DNA from: an uncultured Fidelibacterota bacterium
GTDB lineage: Bacteria > Fidelibacterota > Marinisomatia > Marinisomatales > Marinisomataceae
DNA: 39,649 bases
Assembly (NCBI GenBank): GCA_913045065.1
Contig: CAJWPX010000001.1
Span: 1 to 39,649, forward strand
Direction of reading: 5' to 3'
The translations under genes were made by a program, and so were the position numbers. The notes beneath the pieces are model-generated. The model had not been told where the DNA came from, ran no database searches, and saw nothing but the letters and a program-made list of their open reading frames with translations. Shown here one piece after another: positions 34,384-39,649 of this stretch. The stretch's first letter is position 1. Each line of letters opens with the position of its first letter.

Positions 34384-35946
34384 TTAATGTTTTTCGAAAT
34401 AACTGTTAGACAATCCTTTTAGCTTGGTACTAAGTAATATAATAGCAATTAGATTTGGAAATGTCATAAAACCTAGAGCAGCATCACCAAAAATCCACAC
34501 AGCTTCCAACATTAAGGTAGAACCAACGAATACCATGAATACATAACAATAACGATAAAATGGAATCGCTTTGGTTCCAAAAAGATATTCTGTTGCTCTA
34601 TCTCCATAAAATGACCAACTGATTGCAGTTGAGATTGCAAACAATACTACCGCCAATGTCACAATTTTGTCTCCGCCAGGAATGCCTTGAGCAAAAGCAT
34701 AGCTTGTTAACACACTGCTATTCATCCACATATCTTGTGTAATAGAAGGATCAATTCTTTGACCATAGAATTCTGTATAGTGCCAAGAGCCAGTTACCAT
34801 GATTACCAATCCAGTTAAGGTACAAATAACGATGGTATCAATATAAGGTTCTAAAAGGGCCACCACTCCTTCTCTAACTGCATACGGTGTTTTTGCAGTT
34901 GAATGCGCAATAGCAGCAGATCCTTGCCCTGCTTCACTGGAAAATAATCCTCGTTTTACTCCCATCATCATTGTATTAAGAAATGCAATAAATGCACCCG
35001 CAGTAATACCAGCAATTTCTGCTGGAGGGTTAAAGGCCATACTAAAGATTGTACCAAATGATTCGCCTACTTTATCATAATTGCTTGTAATGATAAATAA
35101 AGCAGCAAAAACATAAATAACAGCCATAATTGGTACTAGGTATCCAGTTACATTGCCAATACGTTTAATTCCGCCTAAAATAACCATTCCAACGGTAGTT
35201 GCAATGATAACGCCAAAGATGATTTGGAAAATAGAAGGTTCGAATATACCAGGAATGAGTACAGATTTTTCCATTAGTACATGTTCTGCTCCTAATAGAG
35301 GCAAAAATTGACTATATAATTGATCGGTTAATGTAAAAGATTGAATAGCATTTCCAGTAAAAAAAGAACAAATAATTGCAAAGGAAGCAAAGGCTACAGC
35401 AAGCCATCTCCAATTAGGTCCTAATCCATTTTCAATAGTGTACATAGGACCACCAGCAGTATTTCCAAGCTGATCAGTTTCTCTGTATTGAAGGGCTAAT
35501 GTACATTCTGCATATTTTAATGCTGATCCAAAAAATGCGGTAATCCACATCCAAAATAATGCGCCTGGACCACCGTAATAAATTGCAATAGCTACCCCGG
35601 CAATATTTCCAATTCCAACAGTTGCTGCTAATGCAGTAGAAAGAGCTCTAAAATGGTTTAAATCGCCTTCATCCTCTACATTATCATAGTCTCCTCGGGT
35701 TACTCTCATTCCATGTAATACATGTTTTAATTGAGGAAATCCTAATTTGAATGTCATGTAAACACCGGTTCCAAGTAATGAAACCACCATTAATGGAACG
35801 CTGGCCAAAGGAAATGTTTCTAAAAAATTCTTATCCAGTAAATTGCCTGGGAATGACCAAACACTATCATAAAATTCTACCCCGGCAAATAAAAGTAAAA
35901 CCCCAATAATGGCGAAAGCTATTAAAGCATATCGTTGTTTTGACAT
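34384..35946 (-). CDS. alanine/glycine:cation symporter (AGCS family)
   Basis: The polytopic protein carries FRALSTALAATVGIGNIAGVAIAIYYGGPGALFWMWI and GLFSSEAGQGSAAIAHS, which are typical of sodium:alanine symporters. Confidence 0.85.
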   Translation of the reverse strand: MSKQRYALIAFAIIGVLLLFAGVEFYDSVWSFPGNLLDKNFLETFPLASVPLMVVSLLGTGVYMTFKLGFPQLKHVLHGMRVTRGDYDNVEDEGDLNHFRALSTALAATVGIGNIAGVAIAIYYGGPGALFWMWITAFFGSALKYAECTLALQYRETDQLGNTAGGPMYTIENGLGPNWRWLAVAFASFAIICSFFTGNAIQSFTLTDQLYSQFLPLLGAEHVLMEKSVLIPGIFEPSIFQIIFGVIIATTVGMVILGGIKRIGNVTGYLVPIMAVIYVFAALFIITSNYDKVGESFGTIFSMAFNPPAEIAGITAGAFIAFLNTMMMGVKRGLFSSEAGQGSAAIAHSTAKTPYAVREGVVALLEPYIDTIVICTLTGLVIMVTGSWHYTEFYGQRIDPSITQDMWMNSSVLTSYAFAQGIPGGDKIVTLAVVLFAISTAISWSFYGDRATEYLFGTKAIPFYRYCYVFMVFVGSTLMLEAVWIFGDAALGFMTFPNLIAIILLSTKLKGLSNSYFEKH

Positions 35947-36007
35947 GGAGACATTTTAAAAAATATTTTTAAAAGTAAACATCAATTTTATTATTAATTT
36001 TATTTCT

Positions 36008-36562
36008 ATGTTAATTGCTGGAGTAGATGAAGTAGGAAGAGGGGCATTGGCTGGGCCGGTAGTCGCAGCAGCAGTCATCTTAAAAAAAGGTATTAATGGA
36101 TTAAATGATTCCAAAAAAATATCGGAACCAAAACGACAAACATTGTATAAAGAGATAATGAAACATGCGTTATCTATCGCGGTTGGAATTAAGTGGAATA
36201 ATTATATTGATGAACATAACATCAAGGTTGCATCTGAACATGCAATGATTGATGCCATCAATGATTTATCCAAACAACCAGACAAGGTATTAGTAGATGG
36301 ATTTGCATTAGATATTCCGATTACTAATCAAGGAATTGTGAAAGGAGATCAGAAAATAAATGCTATTATGGCAGCATCGATTATTGCAAAAGTTACGAGG
36401 GATGAAATTATGCGTTCGTTTCACTATATTTACCCGATGTATGATTTTCTAAACAATAAAGGATATGGTACTCCAAATCATCGTAAAGCATTAAAAAAAT
36501 TTTCTTTTACAAAGATACATCGTCAAACATTTAAACCTATATCTAGGATGATAAACAAATGA
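36008..36562 (+). CDS. rnhB: ribonuclease HII
   Basis: IAGVDEVGRGALAGPVVAAAV, LNDSKK and GYGT..H are catalytic or structural motifs of RNase HII. Confidence 0.9.
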   Translation: MLIAGVDEVGRGALAGPVVAAAVILKKGINGLNDSKKISEPKRQTLYKEIMKHALSIAVGIKWNNYIDEHNIKVASEHAMIDAINDLSKQPDKVLVDGFALDIPITNQGIVKGDQKINAIMAASIIAKVTRDEIMRSFHYIYPMYDFLNNKGYGTPNHRKALKKFSFTKIHRQTFKPISRMINK

Positions 36563-37536
36563 ATAAATTTATTGCTGAAGTAAAGTCGATATTGATACTT
36601 ATCATTATCATCCTATTTTTAAAAGAAACAGTGGTAGAAGCCTATATTGTTCCTACAACTAGCATGGAAGAGAATATTTTAAAAGGAGATTTCCTCATTG
36701 GAAGTCGTTATATCTATGGAATGAAAGTTCCAGAAAAAATATGGATTCCTTTTAGCGCGATTAGCATTCCAACATTTCTCCCTGAATATCGTTTTCCTGC
36801 CTTTAAACAAGTAGCACGAGGAGATGTAGTAGTGTTTGAATATCCCAGAGATCCAGTATATAAATATGTAAAACGTTGTATTGGAATTGCAGGAGATATC
36901 GTAAAAATTGAAGACCAAAATGTATATATAAATGGAGAATTTGTTCCATTTCCAGAAGGCGGTAAATTTATTATGAATAATTATTTATCAAAGGAAGTTA
37001 TTGATCCTGATATTTTTCTTGGCAGACAAGGTAATAAAGATCAATATCCTGAAATTACCATCCCAAAAAAAGGAGATTCATTTATTTTGGATGAGAATAT
37101 GGATTGGAAATTGGTGCTCCCATTATTATTGTATGAAGGAAATAAAGTCCAATATATTTTTGGTGACAATTCTTTAACATTTACAAATATTAGTCCAAGA
37201 GATATTGAAAGAAGAACTGGCGATAAAAATATCTATAAGGAATATTTTCCAAGTACCAATGCTACATTAATTACCCCTTGGTCTAACAGATTTAAAAAAG
37301 AGCATATACAATATTTATATATTAATGGAAAGCCAATTAATGAAATAGAGGCCTATACATTATCGCAAGATTATTTTTGGATGATGGGTGATAATCGGGA
37401 TAATAGTGAAGATTCACGTTTTTGGGGGTTTGTTCCAAAAAGCCATATTCTTGGACAGCCAATTATTACATGGTTTTCGATTAATTTGGATAATTATATT
37501 CCAAGATTAAATCGAATCGGAAAAATTCCGAATTAA
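36559..37536 (+). CDS. lepB: signal peptidase I
   Basis: There is an N-terminal TM, the Ser box PTTSMEENILKGD, the Lys box YVKRCIGIAGD, and GDNRDNSEDSRFWGFVP. Its start overlaps the rnhB stop (ATGA). Confidence 0.85.
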   Translation: MNKFIAEVKSILILIIIILFLKETVVEAYIVPTTSMEENILKGDFLIGSRYIYGMKVPEKIWIPFSAISIPTFLPEYRFPAFKQVARGDVVVFEYPRDPVYKYVKRCIGIAGDIVKIEDQNVYINGEFVPFPEGGKFIMNNYLSKEVIDPDIFLGRQGNKDQYPEITIPKKGDSFILDENMDWKLVLPLLLYEGNKVQYIFGDNSLTFTNISPRDIERRTGDKNIYKEYFPSTNATLITPWSNRFKKEHIQYLYINGKPINEIEAYTLSQDYFWMMGDNRDNSEDSRFWGFVPKSHILGQPIITWFSINLDNYIPRLNRIGKIPN

Positions 37537-37611
37537 TAAAAAAAAGTTTTCATATTGAAGTTTCATTTATTAGTTTCAATCATCTCAAAACAAAGAAAGG
37601 GATAATACAAT

Positions 37612-38100
37612 ATGTTAACTAATACAGAAAAAGTCTTAAGTGTCCTCATGTTTTTTCTTGTTGTAGCGGTTTCAGGTTCATTTTTTCAAACAAAATCTGC
37701 AATGGAAGAAATGGTAAGACTAGAAGCTGATCATAAAGAACATGTAGACGATGTCAATACAGAATTTAGAGAAAGAGTTAAGAATGTTGAGCTTGATAAT
37801 ATTGGTCAAGGAAAGAAAATCCAAGAAGGAAGACAAATGATTCTTGCAAACACAAAATTAATTTATGCGAAAGCTGATTCACTTGGAGATTTAATAGATG
37901 ATTTAGCATATGAAATTAAACGAGTTGACCGTGATTTATCGAAGAAGATAAAAAACGTCGAACGTGATCTTGAGGGAATAGAAGACAACCTTAATAGAAA
38001 GATACGTAATAACCAAAGAGATATTTCTAGTTTGAAGAAAGAAATTAAGACACTAAATAATGAAGTATTTCCTCCAGAAGAAGAAGAGGAGAAAAAGTAA
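37612..38100 (+). CDS. membrane-anchored coiled-coil protein, function unknown
   Basis: An N-terminal TM (VLSVLMFFLVVAVSGSFF) is followed by charged heptad-like sequence with recurring K-x-V-(E/D)-R-D-L units and an acidic tail. The SD AAAGGGA lies upstream. Confidence 0.5.
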   Translation: MLTNTEKVLSVLMFFLVVAVSGSFFQTKSAMEEMVRLEADHKEHVDDVNTEFRERVKNVELDNIGQGKKIQEGRQMILANTKLIYAKADSLGDLIDDLAYEIKRVDRDLSKKIKNVERDLEGIEDNLNRKIRNNQRDISSLKKEIKTLNNEVFPPEEEEEKK

Positions 38101-38128
38101 TAACGTTTTAATAAGTTAACATAATTGG

Positions 38129-38162
38129 AAAAAAAGGGCTTTATTCGAGGCCCTTTTTTTTT
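38129..38162. terminator. probable bidirectional terminator (A7-GGGC...GCCC-T9)
   Basis: A short GC stem GGGCT/AGGCCC is flanked by A7 and T9 runs. It lies between the end of the + strand CDS and the 3' end of the - strand tRNA-Leu. Confidence 0.6.
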
Positions 38163-38163
38163 G

Positions 38164-38247
38164 TACCGAGGGTCGGGTTCGAACCGACATGAGGAAATCC
38201 TCACTGGTGTTTGAGACCAGCGCGTCTACCAATTCCGCCACCCCGGC
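38164..38247 (-). tRNA. tRNA-Leu (anticodon CAA), long variable arm, no encoded CCA
   Basis: The reverse complement folds as acceptor GCCGGGG/CCTCGGT (two G-U pairs), D arm GCGG-AATTGGTAGA-CGCG, anticodon arm CTGGT-CTCAAAC-ACCAG, variable arm GAGG-ATTT-CCTC, T arm GTCGG-TTCGAAC-CCGAC, discriminator A. Confidence 0.9.
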
Positions 38248-38289
38248 AAAAACAATTGACTAATTTGGCTTAAAGTACTTATTTTGTCA

Positions 38290-39649
38290 ATGATTAAAGA
38301 CATGAGCAAAAATTCACATCCAGGATATCAAGGCATAGAAGCTACATTTACCACTATTCCTCAAATGTTTCAACGCGTTGTTTCTGAAAACCAAGGAATT
38401 GAAACCTATTTTGTTAAAACTGATGATAAATGGAACGGAACTACTTTTGAAGATTTACAGACTTGGGTAGAAGGGTTCGCGAATGGTTTGAAAAATTTAG
38501 GGATTAATGAGCATGATAAAGTAGCAATTATTGGAACAAACTGCCCTCAATGGTGTGTTTCCGATTTTGCTATTGCTCATATCCGTGCTGTTTCCGTTCC
38601 GGTATATCCAACTTTAATTCCTGAACAATCCCAATACGTTGTAAAACACTCTGAAAGCAAGATTGCAATTGTACAAGATGAAGTACAATTAGCAAAAATA
38701 TTACCGTTATTAAATGATCATGAATGTGATCTAAATAAAATTATTATTATGGATGATAGTTATTCTGGATCTGATGCAATAACATACTCATCAGTAACAG
38801 CGTTAAATAATGTTACACACGATATTAAAGCACTTTCTCAAACGGTCCAACCTAGTGATTTGTTAACATTAATTTATACCAGTGGAACCACGGGTGTTCC
38901 AAAAGGAGTGATGTTAACTCACGATAATGTTTGTAGAAATTTACTTTCTATTGGAGAACTGATTGAATTAATTGAGTCGAGATACAATATGGAAGAAAGA
39001 GTATTCTTATCTTTTTTACCTGTTGCACATAGTTTTGAAAGAGTAGGAGGTCATTACGGTTGTTTTAACGCAGGAATGCAAATTTATTATGCACAGAGTA
39101 TGGAAACTGTAATTCCAAATATTCAAGAAGTTAGACCAACATTTTTAACTGCAGTTCCAAGAATTTTTGAGAAAATCCATGCAAAAGTTATGGAAGGCGT
39201 TGAAGCAATGACAGGCGTTAAAAAAATACTAGCTGAATGGTCTATTGGTGTAGGATTAAAAGCTGCGCCATATTTTCAGCGAGACGAAAAATTACCATTC
39301 TTTCTTGGGTTAAAATACAATCTAGCTGATAAATTGGTATTACATAAATTTAGAGCAGTTTTAGGGGGTAGAGTTGCAGCCGCATCTTCTGGTGGATCAG
39401 CCTTATCTCCGGAAGTAGGATCATTCTTTTGTGGTATTGGAGTTTCAATTGTAGAAGGATATGGATTAACAGAAACAAGTCCTGTGATGACAGTAGGACA
39501 TCCTGAATTTTTTAAATATGGTACGGTTGGAAAGCCAATTCCAGGTGTGGAAGTTAAGATTGCAGAAGATGGAGAAATCTTATGTCGTGGACATAATGTA
39601 ATGAAGGGATATTATAAAGAACCTGAAGCTACTGCTGAAGTTATGAAAG
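38290..39649 (+). CDS. long-chain fatty-acid--CoA ligase (AMP-dependent synthetase), 3'-truncated by the window edge
   Basis: The ORF is not in the supplied track because it has no stop before the window end. My translation from 38290 gives MIKDMSKNSHPGYQGIEATFTTIPQMFQRVV... with the AMP-binding motifs LIYTSGTTGVPKGVMLTH and EGYGLTETSP. An alternative start lies at 38302. Confidence 0.85.
   Translation, partial: MIKDMSKNSHPGYQGIEATFTTIPQMFQRVVSENQGIETYFVKTDDKWNGTTFEDLQTWVEGFANGLKNLGINEHDKVAIIGTNCPQWCVSDFAIAHIRAVSVPVYPTLIPEQSQYVVKHSESKIAIVQDEVQLAKILPLLNDHECDLNKIIIMDDSYSGSDAITYSSVTALNNVTHDIKALSQTVQPSDLLTLIYTSGTTGVPKGVMLTHDNVCRNLLSIGELIELIESRYNMEERVFLSFLPVAHSFERVGGHYGCFNAGMQIYYAQSMETVIPNIQEVRPTFLTAVPRIFEKIHAKVMEGVEAMTGVKKILAEWSIGVGLKAAPYFQRDEKLPFFLGLKYNLADKLVLHKFRAVLGGRVAAASSGGSALSPEVGSFFCGIGVSIVEGYGLTETSPVMTVGHPEFFKYGTVGKPIPGVEVKIAEDGEILCRGHNVMKGYYKEPEATAEVMK

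Noticed and set aside
35954-35974. Near-palindrome TTTTAAAAAATATTTTTAAAA in the divergent region between the AGCS symporter gene and rnhB
   Set aside because: It is a low-complexity A/T tract that is one base off perfect symmetry. It is more likely promoter or UP-element-like AT richness than a specific operator, and it is not testable from sequence alone.
1-39649. Search for CRISPR arrays, IS elements or transposases, integrases, prophage genes, toxin-antitoxin pairs and recognisable defence genes
   Set aside because: None seen. There are no spaced direct-repeat arrays and no terminal inverted repeats flanking ORFs. No nuclease, helicase or methyltransferase clusters are present. The window looks like conserved core chromosome.

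Overview
AT-rich, very gene-dense bacterial chromosomal segment with about 45 CDS and 2 tRNAs. I saw no rRNA, CRISPR array, transposase, integrase or phage gene. Most of it is housekeeping. Recognisable genes are pyrD-like, rlpA, a lipid kinase, cdsA, lat, rsmI, tmk, an S41 protease, an ILVBL-like TPP enzyme, tRNA-Val, a LOG-family protein, an L2HGDH-like flavoprotein, a CADD-like diiron enzyme, apt, an MBL-fold alkyl sulfatase, dnaX-ybaB-recR, pgsA-pgpA-cinA-recA, an RTX/cadherin-like protein, an AGCS symporter, rnhB, lepB, tRNA-Leu and a 3'-truncated acyl-CoA synthetase. Shine-Dalgarno sequences are common, gene junctions frequently overlap (ATGA/TAATG), and two convergent gene pairs share palindromic stop tetranucleotides. 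Lineage cannot be assigned from sequence alone; a streamlined marine FCB-like or Marinimicrobia-like origin is only a guess. The stand-out is a seven-gene block at 3916-10542. It encodes an orphan GlmL/MutL-family actin-fold ATPase, a soluble protein with an NqrA/RnfC-like hybrid barrel and a KOW-like motif, a 90-aa hydrophobic protein, and two successive pairs of bitopic plus polytopic membrane proteins. I can link none of these to a described system. A 17-nt exact direct repeat straddles the junction of genes 2 and 3 and encodes the same heptapeptide in both. Secondary observations are a Cys-rich insertion in lysine aminotransferase, a tRNA-Val with C33 that abuts a CDS with no leader, an A8-run 12-nt tandem repeat in dnaX at the expected gamma/tau recoding position, and a CADD-type candidate pABA synthase.
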